Source of the DNA: Azolla caroliniana | Taxonomy: Eukaryota; Plantae; Polypodiophyta | DNA: 64,000 nt | Reading direction: 5' to 3' | NCBI GenBank assembly: GCA_043228905.1 | Contig: JBHGNT010000098.1 | Coordinates: 1 to 64,000, forward strand | Part shown: in pieces, positions 48,501 to 62,966 of the stretch | Layout: the number at the start of each line of letters is the position of its first letter | Numbering within the stretch: position 1 is the first letter of the stretch | Program-made: the position numbers and the translations under genes | Notes under the pieces: generated by a model | What the model was told of the DNA's origin: nothing | The model's database searches: none | What the model saw: only the letters and a program-made list of their open reading frames with translations

Positions 48501-49299
48501 ATGGGGGCAAAGCAACACCGGACCAACAAGCCTAGAGTGCACGAGCACCACAAATGACCCGAGCACTTTGAGCGCCAAGATCAACACAAGGTCACAGACG
48601 CACCTCAAAAGGGAGAGTGTGAGAAAGAGAGATCAAGAAACCATAAGAACCTCCAAATGACAAGGAAAAGGAAGAAGTATCGAAACCCTAAAACTCAAGC
48701 TAGAAGAAGATGAGAAAGAACTCATTAGATCTAAACCCAAGAGGAAGTAGAAGAAAAGAAACCTTAGAAATCAAAAGAGAAGAATATGAATCTCAAACCC
48801 TAAAGGTCTACCCCTAAAAAAACCCAAAAATATCTGACCAAGAAAAAATCATCGCCCCCTCAACCTCCTTTTACACGAATAAAAAAGGAAAGGGGGTCGC
48901 CACATTCATAATCAATGCAAAAGGAATAGAACTCCTTAAATCACGGTACGGTGTCAAACAAAATTTCGATCCGTGCACCTCTAGCTAGGAGTCAATGGAT
49001 CTATCCAATAAACAAGTAACTCCCAATTATTTTATGTTTAATTCTATATATAAAAATTCACATTCTGTCTTTTTCTCTCTCCTACTTCTCCTTTCTCCTC
49101 TCTCTTACGTTTCTTTTCTCTCTCCAATTACACGATTTTATATGCCTCCTTTGCACCCTTCATTTTCCCTTTTCATTTGCATCACTTACAACCTTCATTT
49201 TCCATTTTATTTGTGCCTGTGCACAAATATTGGCCTCTTGTGTGCACACACATTGCGCATACACATTTTGGCCCCTTTTCTCGTGATTTCTCACCGTAG

Positions 49300-50630
49300 C
49301 CAAACATCTTCACAACACCGGCGGCCGAGAGTCGGTTGAGGCCGAAGAGACGACCAAGAGTCAGTTGAGGACCGAAGAGTTGACAGAGAGTTAGCTGACA
49401 ATCGAGTGCAGCTGAGGGATAGAACCGGCGAGGAGCGCTTAGAGCCAACTAGGGCCGACAGAGAAGTGAGAGAACAGAGAAGAAAAACAACAAACGAAGA
49501 GATAGGGTGCCTAAGTACGAGAGCAAGAACGAGAGCGTTCTACAAAATAGAAGACAGAGATATGTGAGGGGTTGTTCGTGACGTCAAGAACACATGATTG
49601 TACAACACCTCTCCTATCCATCCGTATCAAGTTCTTTCCTTCTGTGTTTTTCCTTTTATTTTCTATTTTCTTTTGTTCTATAGACCCAATCAAGTGAAGA
49701 TCATAACCATGGATGTTGCCTTCAAGTGTGTACATTCCTCTAGTCAAAACCTAGAGAGATTGTACTCAGTTGTACTCACTGTTGTTCTATCCACCCAATC
49801 GGATGAAGGTTTTAACCAAGGTTGTTGCCTTGAGGTATGTACATTCTTGTTGAGATATGAAGCTCAACTAGGTTTAGTTATTTAGTCAATCATGTAACTT
49901 AGTAGTTACATAATTAGAATGTAGTTAGAAGTGTTGACCTTAAAACCTTAAATAGGATTTTGTACTTAGTGGGGATACATTCTAGATCCTCCAGTACCAA
50001 GTTCATTGAATATAGGACTTACATCCTTGTATCTATATTCTCCTGACATATGTGCACCATTGCACATGAGATGTATATATACCTCATTGTGGGTATCTTT
50101 GTTCTTTGATGCTTATGAATATAGAGAAAGGTTATCTAACTACATTCTTGTTAATCATTCTCCATTTATTGTTCGTAAGTGTTCTTTCTCTCTTCTTCCC
50201 ATACTCTCACATACACACACATCATATAATTTCTGCTGTTTAATCACAAACGTGATGAGCTATTCACATAATTAGGTACTAATTAACCCTTAGTTAATTA
50301 CCTAATTATTAACAATTCCTCTAGTCGAAACCTAGAGAGGTTGTACTCGGTTGTAAGCATTGTTATTCTATCCACCCAATCGAGTGAAGGTTGTAACCAA
50401 GGCCGTTTCTTGAGGTAGATACATTCCTCTAATGAAAACCTAGAGAGGTTGTATTCGGTTGTACTGAGAACATAGTGAAGTTGTTGGGAACCCGTGGTTT
50501 GTCCGTCCCTATTTGGGTTTTCCACGAACTTAAAATTTGGTGTACTCCGATTTTTGTTTCCGTTGCGTCTGTCTTATATCGTGATGGAAGTCTAAAGTTC
50601 ATCCCGATTCAGTCCCATATTGCTAACAAG
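49300..50630 (+). mobile_element. Probable decayed LTR remnant with about 107-bp internal repeats
   Basis: ATTCCTCTA..AAACCTAGAGAG.TTGTA repeated near 49734, 50315, 50423; U5-like GGTTTTCCACG motif; ends not defined. Confidence 0.4.
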
Positions 50631-52161
50631 TTGAAGGCTTCTTAACAAATTTCTCTCGACGAGGGAATAATTGGAATCCTAACGATGAACTACTCTCCTC
50701 AAGCAAGAGGCGAAAGAAATAGTTTGAGACTACATACGCCGCACCAAAAGTCTGCACAATAGGTGCAACATAGGTGAAAAGATGTTCGATGACAAGCTAG
50801 TGAGTCGGTTCATCAATGGGCTCTACGACCCCAATTTGGGAGATTATTTCTTAATCGCCACATGGATGGATCTCACATGTAAAAAAGTACACACTCACTA
50901 ATAGAACCTCAAAAACTAATAAGGGAGCACAATAAACCACAAGATCACAATAATTTGCATTGTAATTTTGGACATTCTATTATAGCATAGCCATTAATTT
51001 GTAACATCACACAACAGTCATGATAGCTAACGTATGAAGCGGCCAAAATGGTTATGTGGATTCTTGGTAGAGTCCGAATTCATTGAATTAATTGGATATG
51101 TGTATGGAGTTGAGGCCTGGAATCCTGGACTATAATCATATATGTCGATTTGTTGCATCTATGTATCATGCAATCACCCACCTAGATGATGACGATGATG
51201 ACGTGTGTATGGGAGGCCCGCCATTATTTGTATATAGCCAATTTATTATAGGTTTTACATATTTCTTAGAAAAGCATTATGGGAAAAAAAAACCTTGTGA
51301 ATGCAAAACGTGCAGAGAACAAACGGTAGAACCAGCTAAGATATATGAATTATAACCCTGATGGATGGATTCAAAATGGTGTCAGAAGTTATCCGTGTCA
51401 ATTATTGTGATTGCAGCAAAGGAGATAATTCATATCCTCTTGGAACATGACATTAAAAACTTAGTATGAGAATTTTTAATGGCTTCCCATGTTTGTTCTC
51501 AATTATGAATCGGAGATGTATAGATTACAATTACAATAAGCTGAAATCATATCGAATATTACTGATTACGGAGATCATGCCCCGTTGGAGCACGACTGAA
51601 ATTTGATGGTGAAAGGTACTCACTGTCCATGCAATGTAATAACTGGTTTTACAGGAGGAAACTTATACAGGAGCTACTCCTGTATCAGCATTAAGGTTGT
51701 TGACTTTTGATCCTGAAATTAAAGCGGCAGGATGCAATGTCTCTCCTCTCATTCCTCTCGCGCCACCTGATCACTCGAGTAATTAACAATGTCAAACCCT
51801 TTCTACAATGGGTGTGCGTGTGTATATATGTGTGTGTTGTATGAAATGAATGCATAATCATCTCTTAAGATTCTATCACTGGCTCATCTGCTGTTGCCAT
51901 TCATTTGACAGCAATCACAGCGCGAATTATATCATAATTCGACGTAAGTATGAAATGCGTAATGTCCTAATATGACAACATCTCTAACCATTTGTGATCA
52001 ATAATCCATTGTGCGTAAAAATCATAATTGGTCTGCATCATGATTCCATATACCCTACCTACCTACATTAAATTATGCTTTAATCCAAATTAATCTGAAT
52101 TCAAATCCTCTGTGTGTCACAAATTAATCAGCTAATCCTAGTTGTTGTAATTATCGGAAGA

Positions 52162-55100
52162 ATGGCAAGGAGACACAGCAAGGATACCGGGGAAAATGAT
52201 ACAGAATATCCTCAGCTGGAGCGTCGCCAGATCGTGGTGCCGCAGAAGGGCACATTCGTGAAGGAAATCAAAAGCACATTGAAGGAGACGTTCTTCCCCG
52301 ACAACCCCCTCCGAACCCTCCGGAAGCAGACTCCCAATGAGCGCTTCTTTGCCGCCCTTGCCTACATCTTCCCTGTCTTCCATTGGGGCCGAGGATACAC
52401 CCTCCTCAACCTCAAAGACGACGTCATCGCCGGCCTCACCATCGGCAGCCTCTGTATCCCACAGGACATTGGCTACGCCAAGCTCGCTGGCGTGCCCCCC
52501 ATCTATGGCCTCTGTATGTCTCTCTCTTTTCTTTTTGCCCCCCTAGTATATGTATATTATCAAGAAATTGGTATGATCTGATCTTCAAACACTCGACATT
52601 TCGGCTTGTAAATTAATGCAGTCACCAGCTTTGTGCCACCCCTCATCTACGCGGCCCTCGGGGTGTCGAGAGAGATCGCCATCGGCCCCGTGGCAGTGGT
52701 GTCCATCCTGCTGGGCACCCTGGCCAAGGACGAGTTCCCTGTCCCGGCCGCGGCCACCGCCAAATGTGACACCACCTCCACCAAGTTCGTCAATGCCAAC
52801 TGCAGCACCTACAGGGAGCAATACCTCGCCCTCATCTTCACCGCCACGCTGTTCACCGGGATTATCCAGGCTGCCCTAGGCCTCACCAGGTAGTAAAATC
52901 AATCCCTAATATTATATTTCACATCCATCATTTCTATATGGGGTTGACTTCTAGTTCTAAATTTCTGACATGGTAGGCTTGGCTTCATCATCGATTATCT
53001 CTCGCACGCGGCCATCGTGGGGTTCATGGCGGGTGCGGCCATCACCATCGCCCTCCAGCAGCTCAAAGGCCTCCTCGGTATATCTACTGCTTCCTTCACG
53101 AAGAAGACCGACATCGTGTCCGTCCTGCGTTCCGTATTCTTGCATACCAAGGAGGTATAACACTGACCATCCCCCATAGAACCTAACCTGTATATAATAA
53201 AAAGGAAATGCAGGAATTGGATGATTCCATTCACAAGTGAATCTTACATGCCTCCCAACTAATTTTGCCATGATTTATAATTTGTTAATGTTGCCCCTTG
53301 TAGTGGAGCTGGCAGACGATCATCATCGGCCTCGCCTTCTTGGCCTTCCTCCTACTGACCAAATATATTGTAAGCTTTTTCTATAATCAATTTTAAGCAC
53401 AGCTTGGATCAAACACAACCATCTGACTGATTGTTCCTGTTCTGTGATGATGTGACGCAGGCCAAGAAGAGGCCAAAGCTCTTCTGGGTGTCGGCCATCG
53501 CCCCGCTCACCTCCGTCATCATTTCCATCCTCATTGTCAAATTCAGTAAAGTCGACGAGAAGGGAGTCGCCATTGTAAGCACTAGCATCCCATATTATTT
53601 GTGTATATTGCTAGCTTCCTCCAGTTTCTTAAACACATTCCACCTAATTATTTTCCTACTTAAAATGGTGACGGTGTACTACTCTCCTCGCATGTATCCT
53701 TATCCTGCAGGTTGGAAAAATTGATGGGAAAATAAATCCATCGTCGGTTGGACAATTTGTGTTTCACGGTGACATCCTCAAGCATGCTCTTATCGTTTCT
53801 GTTCAGACATCTCTCGTTGCACTCACGGTAAGCATATGTCCCATTCTAATCCTCCGGCATAATTATTAATTGCAATAATGTCAGCAGCTGCTCATTTCGA
53901 CTTTGTCTTACGAACAGCAACGCATGAGTATTAAAGGATTCGGATCGACCTAATTTGTGTGGAGTTAATAATGTTTGTGTAGGAGGGGGTCGCGATCGGA
54001 AGGACATTTGCAGGTATACGAGATTACCATATCGATGGCAACAAAGAGATGGTGGCATTCGGAGTGATGAACGTCGCTGGAGCGTGCACTTCCTGCTATG
54101 TTGCTACTGGTACTCACATTATTTTCTTAAGGCAGTTTCTTATTGAACCCATACATCTTTAGTGTTGACAGAAGCTTTAGCACTAACTAAATAGACATAA
54201 TTTGGAGTAACTAGTAAACTTATAATATGATGGTGTGATGATTGTGACTGATTGCATTGCATCCTCCTGCAGGCTCCTTTTCTCGATCTGCTGTGAACTA
54301 TAACGCAGGAGTGAAGACGCCGGTGGCGAACATCGTGATGTCGCTGATGGTGATGATTGTGTTGGTTGCGTTAACGGGACTTTTCCATGACCTGCCCAAC
54401 TGCATCCTCGCATCCATCATCATCAATGCCGTCATCGGCCTCATTGACTTCAGTGCCATGTACAAGATCTGGAAGGTTGATTTCGGGGACTTCATCGCCA
54501 TGGCCGGCGCTTTCTTGGGTGTTGTCTTCATTTCTGTGGAAATAGGGCTCCTCATTGCGGTGCGTACAAAAGAAGATTTAGATCACACCAATCCATCCAT
54601 CCATCATTCCTTCTTCCCAGAGTAGTAGTACATATAATAATTTTGTGTCCTGGGGCCGCTGTGAACTCCTCCTTTGTAAATTTGTCTGGAATGAAAATTG
54701 TAGGTCGTCCTCTCCGTAGCCAGGGTGTTGTTGCAGGTGACCAGGCCCCACACAGCTGTGTTGGGGAAAGTTCCCGGCACAAGCATTTACCGGAATGTGG
54801 TGCAATACCCGGATTCTGTCACACAGTCGGGTATCTTGGTGATTCGGATCGACACAGCCATTTACTTCGCCAATTCGAATTATCTCAGGGAAAGGTATTT
54901 CATTTCAGTAGCATACATCAAAATGTAATTCCATTAATCTTCCAGTTCTGGGGGTTGAGTCAATGGATGGCAACTACACACAAGATTTCCTGTTTCTGGA
55001 TCATGAAATCGAGAATCGCATTTTTCGTTGTTTTTTGTTTAAACGCTATATGAGACTTGGGGAATGACCCAAGGAAGGCTCATGGTTTATTTGGTGAATG

Positions 55101-55261
55101 ATGATGATGATGATGATGCTCAGGATACTGAGGTGGCTAGACGATGAGGCGGAGAAGATAAACGAGAAGAATGGAGTGCCGATACAGTTCGTCATCTTGG
55201 AGCTCTCACGTGAGTTACACACCTAAATACATACATATATTATATAGACCTAGTTACAACT

Positions 55262-55292
<31 letters not shown>

Positions 55293-55916
55293 TAGGTTCA
55301 CTAGCCAGTATTGGCGGGGGGGGGGGAGTTTGATGAGAACAGTATATGAACCTATATGTATATAATTTGGGAATATCATTATCACTGATTATGGATGAAT
55401 AAAATGGTGGCAGCCGTCACAAACATCGACACGACAGGCATCCACTCGCTGGAAGACCTACTCACCAATCTCAGGAACAGGAAGATCCAGGTACTCACTC
55501 ATCCATCCATCACATACATACATATTTGGCATCATCCACCAGCCATGACTACTCATGTGATGTAGCAGTAGTAGGAATGTGGTTTATGTATTATATCTGT
55601 TTGGCATTCACACACAATCTAAGTGGATGCATGTGTGTGGGTGTTTGCGTGAGAAAGAGAGAGACTTACAGACACGAGGATCATATATATATATATATAT
55701 AGATATATGATGATGCATGATGATTCATATGACTACTAGTACTGACTGGCTTCTTGATGAGATGCAATGCAGCTGGCGATGGCGAACCCAGGGACAGAGG
55801 TAGCACAGAAGCTGAATGAATCGGGGGTGATGGATAGAGTGGGGAGGGAGTGGTTCTTCGTCACCGTCGGTGAGGCTGTGGACGTCTGCTCCTCCCACCT
55901 CGACGCAGCACTCTAG
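52162..55916 (+). CDS. SULTR: Sulfate transporter (SULTR/SLC26 family, group 1/3-like) with C-terminal STAS domain, 12 exons, 668 aa
   Basis: Exons 52162-52513, 52622-52889, 52977-53154, 53304-53369, 53461-53574, 53711-53827, 53983-54109, 54273-54559, 54704-54894, 55124-55209, 55414-55490, 55773-55916; all introns GT-AG; total 2007 nt in frame; motifs [78 protein letters not shown]. Confidence 0.95.
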
Positions 55917-57204
55917 AGTCTAGACATAGCATACACACCCTTCTCTGGTCTCTATGTCCCTGGGAAGGCGGCCAAATTTGTTTTGTTTTGTTTTGTTCAA
56001 TAATCTAGTCTGATCTAATTTCATTTCATTGTGAGGTTGAGCGTTTACAGTGCGTTAAGAGTTTGTTGTTATTTACTCGCATCTGAAACCCTAAAATGCT
56101 CCCATTTAGCTATCACCTGCATGACACCCGACATTGTACTATGCATATTGAAAACTCGGAACCTACGATTATGAGAGAAGTGTGCGTATATACATACTGC
56201 TGCTCCAACGTGTGTCTCAAATCAAAGAGAAATGTGACCAACCCAACGTCGTACGGAAATGACACAAACATTGGCTCTTGTGCGTATGGGTGAGGGTTGA
56301 AAGAGAGTTCTGTGTTCACTCACTTTGAAAACTTTTTAAACCTCATGAAATGTTTCTTAGTCTAAGTGCATCCCATCATCCAATCCATTCCTTCATAACC
56401 TTTTCTCCAAGTGGAAGCTCGAGACACTTTCCATGAAGGAGCACGGATGAACCTCGCATAAACATTTGTAGAAAGCTCCACATCATATTGTGCGTATAAC
56501 AAACCCATGAGGATTTTGTGTCTACACTACATGGCAACATCAAGCACATGTTTTAATCCTTATAAACCTCATGTAAGAGGTTAGATCATTGCCCATCCTA
56601 TTGTCAACGAGCAAATGCAAGAAGAATTAACAACTATCAAGCATCCCTAAGCAATCCATGTATAGAAAGTAGCGTGCAGAAGCAAGTATGAAGACAGAAC
56701 AGAAGGAAGAACACTCAGGTTTAATGGAGAGCTTGAGCTTACGCAGTATACGCGGGAGAGACTGAGAGAGTGAGAGAGAAGACACGGTATTAATATTCAA
56801 AAAAGACAACACTATACATATATGTGTTCAATGAACACTTTGTACAAGTCCTAGAAGGATTGACTGAGGTACTGACAGTACTTCAATGCTCATTAAGAGC
56901 TCCTACACTAACTCCCAAATATATTCCTCACGGAATATCTTTCCTAACGGCCTAACCGATCGGTCCCAACCGATCCGATCCTCGACTTCTTCAGCCGATC
57001 CGGCCGATGTTGAGCTTGTCTCTCAACACCATGCTTACATTAAATCTCATGACAAACTACTCTTAGTCACCTAATTGGTCTCACCTAATTAACAATGCAC
57101 TCAACTATTTTCACACTTGAGGAAAAAAACACATTTGGAAAGATTGGACACATTACAGACTTACTTAGAGTTCATAGATGCGATAAGTACTAATTGTTTT
57201 GGAG

Positions 57205-57207
<3 letters not shown>

Positions 57208-57256
<49 letters not shown>
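57208..57256. repeat. (GA)n microsatellite
   Basis: Direct inspection. Confidence 0.95.
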
Positions 57257-57258
<2 letters not shown>

Positions 57259-57262
57259 ACGA

Positions 57263-57505
57263 TGTTGGCATGTCCGATATTCTGGTTGTTAAGGATGAAA
57301 GAACATCGTCTAGAGCACGTGATAGGTTTAGTATTGTTGAGAATCGAACTCAACTTCCTCAATGAAGTGATTTCACACTAGGCTAGTTTTGTAAATAACA
57401 GAAAGGGTTCTTGCCCTACACTAGTTCGTATTTAAACCAACCTTTTGTAGTGTAGTTATTGTTGGATGTAATTGATCTTTTCTTGCTAATATACAACTTC
57501 TCGTT

Positions 57506-57545
<40 letters not shown>

Positions 57546-60500
57546 CTACGAGTGCGCACACACAGTTCATCTCCGCTACACAACATCACCTAGCCTCTCA
57601 CTCTTTACATGGTATTAGAGTGTGTGGTTTTCTGATCAAGCTTATTCAACTATATCAATGTGCTATACACTGATGACCAACAAAATCGGTTTAAGCAACA
57701 GAGAAGAAATCGACATCATGAATACTTAGATGGGAAGCGCTCTTCCTACAGAGAAGCTTGACAGAACAAACTTTGCATCTTGGGAATACAAGATACATCA
57801 ATACCTTGTAAGTCAAGGATCCTAGAGCTATATTGAGGGAGCCCACAAAACGCAATCCAACCCAACACACGCCGGCTATCCAGCCTGGGAGCAAGCCGCA
57901 AGCCGTGTGTTGTATTGCCTTGCATCATGCGTTCATGATCACATGCTCGGCTATATTCGAGAGGCAAAGACGCCAAAAGAAGCTTGGGGTAATCTCAAGA
58001 ATTTTTTCACAGCCAACACGGCTGCACGAAAGCTCCAACTCCGACAAGAGTTAAACAATATACAACAGAGGGATATGTCGATCACCAGTTATACCTTGAA
58101 GATCAAGGAATTGTGTGATGCCCTCGGTTCGATCAATGTCATAAGCAACGGTGATGAAATGGTACAAATATGCCTCGGTGGCTTAGCACCACGATTCCGC
58201 ATGATTAGATCGGCCATTCTCGCAAAGGAGAATCCTCCTTCCTTTTTCGATCTTGAATCGATACGATTGGTGGAAGAAAATCATGCCCGACAATGGAGTA
58301 ATGCACCCGATGGTCAAATGCTCTACTCCCAATCACGTGATGGAAGAGGAGTCGATCGAGGAAGCAAAGGTTGATTCGGCCGAGGGCGATAGGGTTAGCC
58401 GACTCGAGAACGCAACTCCCACCAATGGCAAGAAGATAGGAACAATCTTATGGAGTTCAATAGAAGGGGGAGTCATCCTGTCGGACCGAGCAGTCGCAAG
58501 AACCCGATCGAATGCGGGTATTGTGGGAAACTCGACCACTACGATGTGGAGTGCCGAAAGAAGCAACGAGAGTCGACTTCGACCAGTCAACAACTCACGA
58601 ACTATGCCACGAATTCCGACTATGACGATCATGGCGGGATGTTCGTAATGAGGCATAAAGCACATTCGATATCGGCACCGGGCCCAACAAGCACCTCTTC
58701 CTCAGATGATGTATGCTTTGTAGACTTAGGAGCATCCAATCACATGACATCTCATGAAGATTGGTTCTGAAAGTTTAGAAAGCATGATCGACTTGTCTAT
58801 GTCGAAACCAGAGACGACACAACTCACTCGATTCGGCATATCAGAAATGCCCCATTCGGGAATGATGACAAATAAACCTATCTCAAGAAAGTATTGCATG
58901 TCCCAACCATCATGAAAAACCTGGTCTCGGTAGGCTAGATTGTCGAACAAGGCATGGAAGTACGATTTAATAATGAAGGGTGCTTTATTGAGAAAGAAGG
59001 CCGACTGGCAGGTCACGGTTGAATAGAAGGCCGAATGTTCATTCTCGAATTGACGAGGTGAAGTTGGCTATGTTTGCAAAAGGCCTCAAAGTTGAGACTG
59101 ACTTAAATTGTGGCACAAGTGAATTGGACACATCAATTTCTAAAAGCTTTAAAGGAATGCAGTCAAAAGGGGTCATAATCGGACTCTCGACATTTACCAA
59201 AAAGGAGATAATAGGTGTATGTGAAGCCTGTCAATTTAGAAAACAACACCGATGACCATTCCCGAAAGAGAGGAATGTGCGCAAAAGGATCCTGGATGTA
59301 GTACATTAAGATGTGTGGGGACCATCCCAAACGACAACATTCGGTGGTTGCCGATATAATGTCAAGTTCATCGACGACGTCTGGAGGCATACTTGGATCT
59401 ATCCTATGCGGAAATAGAGTGAAGTGTTTGGAAACTTTCAAAGGTTTAAAAATGAAGTCGAAAAAACCACAAGTCGGCATGTCTGATGCCTTCGATCGGA
59501 TGGAGGCAAGGAGTATTTATTGGATGAGTTTACAACGTATCTCCGAAAGGAAGGAATTCGACAAGAATTATTTTGCCAACACACCTCAGCAAAACGGAGT
59601 AGCCGAAAGAAAGAATCGGCACATAGTAGAGGTGGCAAGGGCCACGACGAATGAGAAAAACCTACCGAAATCGTACTGGCTAAAAGCGGCTAACACAACC
59701 GTCTATCTCATGACCAGATGTACAACCTCTACGTTACATGACGTAACCCCTCATGAGAAGTTTTTCGGAAAGAAGCCAGATCTATCACATATCCGGATTT
59801 TTGGCTCAAAGTCAAAGAAATGTATTGTCATAGGGTACTTACTCGAACAAAAGGGGTACAAATGTTACAATCCATCTATCCAAAAAGCTCGAGTGAGTCG
59901 AGATGTCGTTTGGGACGAATCGGCATCCTGGTACGAATCAGAGATGACACCGACTCCAACCCTAGTGGACCCGAAATCGGTCGAATGAGACATAGCAAAT
60001 GAAGATTGACTCGGGCACATGTTTGAAGAAAGTCTAATTATGACACGATTAAGTGGACCACAAGAGCCCCTAAGTGACCAAAACACATCTCGGCCGAGTC
60101 CAATGCCAGGCAAAGGGAAGGGCAAAATGCCGGAATACGAAGATTCGATCAATAATGAGTCGACTCCCTACCTTGATAGTGAGTTCGAAGGCCTTGATCT
60201 TCCAATTATCCGGCTAAATGGAGTCAAACAAGCCATAGCTTCTGCAAACTAGAAGCTTCGTCGCTCCCCCTGACAGAAGAACGTGGTCAGCCGATTTGTC
60301 TACGATGAATATATGGCATATAAATATGCCTTTATGATGAAGGTGGCGACAATCCGAGAACCAAAAACATTTTTTGAGGCAGCCAAGGATCCACAATGGA
60401 TCAAAACTATGAACGAAGAAATGCAGGCTCTATGCAAAAACGAGACATGGGATCTCGGCCCCCATTCTCCACACAAGAAAGTGATCGGCTGCAGGTGGAT

Positions 60501-60849
60501 ATACTAGGTAAAACATAACGCCGATGGCTCGGTAAATCTCTCCAAGGCACGACTCGTAGCCAAGGGATATGCTCAAACACACAGAGTCGATTATGAGGAG
60601 ATCTTTGCTCCGGTGGCAAAGATGACGACTGTTCGGACAATCGTTACTCTCGTAGGTGCAAAAGGTTGGCACCTCTACCAGATGGATGTGAAGAACGCCA
60701 TCCTACAAGGTGAATTGGACGAGGAGGCGTTCATGATTCAACCACTCGGTTTCAAATCGACCAAACATCTGACAACAGTCTACCGACTAGAGAAGCTGCT
60801 ATATGGACTCAAGAAAGCACCACGTGCTTGGCATTCGAAGATCACCTAG
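57263..60849 (+). mobile_element. Degenerate Copia element (5' LTR ending 57609, gag, protease, integrase, RT start), interrupted at 60850
   Basis: PBS TGGTATTAGAG at 57610; gag KEAWGNLK..KLQLRQEL; CGYCGKLDH; VDLGASNHMT; TPQQNGVAERKNRH; WHLYQMDVKNA; LTR start is 57263 or 57390. Confidence 0.88.
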
Positions 60850-62966
60850 TGTCATGATATGGCTTGGTATGACTCCAAAAGGATTGGAACTCATGACCTT
60901 ATGTTACACGGGCTAAACCTTTACCATTAAACCATGCATTGTAATGCAAAAGATATTATTTTCATTTATTATTTCACTATAGGAAATTCATGTATATTCC
61001 AGATTTCTCTGGAACATTCTAGCAACTTGAGTACTCCTGATAGTACTATAAATAGAGGCACATGGCATTATTAAGAACCAATTCGGTTCAACGCCAATCT
61101 TAAGCCTCTTAGTTGTTCTTGTATCTTTCTTTAGATAATATAATATACTTCCTGTTGTCATTGTTCTCTCTCCCTCTCTCTCTCTCTTCCCCTCTCTTGC
61201 AATTCTCACACACTCGTTCCCTTCTTATAGTACTAATCCTCATTCTTCTCCTCTATCTTTAGTACTAATTATCCTTGCCTCTAGTACTATCCCTGACAGT
61301 TTGAACCGAATTGCCCATCTTCGTATCCCTCATTCCCTTCATACAAATCTTCTTATCCTTCCTTCCTCCAATACTAAGCCAACTGTTAGCGCCAAAGGAT
61401 ACCAATCTGTCTTCTCGGAACTGTAGTGCTTGAAAGAAAAGTTTGTAACGCTAGAACAAGAAAATCAACGGTTGTTGGGGGATCGTCAACAAATCTCTCT
61501 AGTGAAGCAACAAATGCAACAACAAGATGGAGAGTTGGTGTTACGTGTGCAACAACTTGAAGCAACCATTGTGTCATTGCAACAACAGGGACCATGTACT
61601 CAAGGAATTAAGAAAGAACCCAAGTTCGGTCTTCCTAGGAACTTCGATGGAACATGATCATATTTCATAGGATTCCTTAATCAAGTACTTCTCGTGATTC
61701 AAATGCATCCTTCCTATATACCACCGATGCATCACGAGTGGGACTAGTAGGCATGTTGCTTAGTGGCACAACTTTGGCATGGTTCGCTCCATTCTTAGAA
61801 CAAGGATCTCCATTGTTAAATAATTTTAAGGAATTTATTAGCGAGTTTAAAGCATGTTTCGGGGACACCAACAACGTTAGGACGACAATCAATAAAATCC
61901 GAAGATTGTGTCAAGGCGATCCTCCAGCCTCAGCTTACGTTGCGGATTTTCATCTACTCGCCGTTGATATTCTTTGGGATGACCTAACATCGATGGAACA
62001 ATTTCAATATGGCCTGTGAAATGATGTCAAATATTTACTCTGGACTTTCCCCGAAGAACCAAAGTCGCTCACAGAGGCAATCAGTCAAGGGATACGTTGC
62101 GATAACAGACTTTTCGAACGACGTTCAGAACGTTAGTTACAAACGCCAAGAATAAGGTCATAACCCACATATGCCTCAGTCGTAGCAAAACCATTTGCAA
62201 GGGGGTCATATAATTTGGCGTGTGTGGTATTATTTAATATAATTAGTAGTCCAGAGCATCCAATGGGTTTGGGGTTACCATGGTTCGAATTACACAATTC
62301 GAACATAGATTGGAGAACCAGAGAAATCAGGGAATCTACTCACAAGATTTCAACCATTTTACTACATCAATTGCATGAGGACGGACGCAAGGATTCAATG
62401 TTTGTATTCGCAGTATCAATGAAACCTTCCAACACCGCTAAGGAGGAGTCAACAATTCAACTTCCAAAGAAGTATCATCATTACGCCGACGTTTTTGATC
62501 AGGTAAAAGCTAGTACTCTTCCTCACCATTGATCATATGATTGTCCCATTGATTTACAATCAGGAAAAGAGCCACCATGGGGACCGATCTACAACTTTTC
62601 ACCAACCAATCTTGAAGTTCTTCGAAGCTACATAGAGGAAAATATGGCAAATGGGTTCATTCAACATTCGAAATCTCCAGCCGGTACACCTATTTTCTTC
62701 CTTAAGAAAAAGATGGCTCACTTCATCTAGTCGTGGATTATCGTGTTTGAATAAGGTCACCATTAGGAATAGGTAGCACTTCGCTTGATCTCGAGTCTTT
62801 TTGACAGGATTAATGGCGCAAAGTTTTTCAAAAAGTTGACTGACGAGGAGCATATAACCTCGTAAGGATTCGACCGGGAGATGAATGGAAGACAACTTTC
62901 AGCACTCGATATGGGCACTTCGAGTATATGGTTATGCCATTCGGCCTCACCAATGCACCAACAATC
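60850..62966 (+). mobile_element. Degenerate chromovirus related to element C (5' LTR 60850-61298, gag, internal deletion, RT start)
   Basis: LTR TGTCATG..CCTGACA; gag and RT pieces similar to 33535.. and 40560-41300. Confidence 0.9.

Noticed and set aside
56600-57030. Possible solo LTR downstream of SULTR
   Set aside because: Ends in CAACA and looks LTR-like, but no matching start or TSD could be fixed
57117-57381. ERERER/SLSLSL ORFs
   Set aside because: Translation of a (GA)n microsatellite
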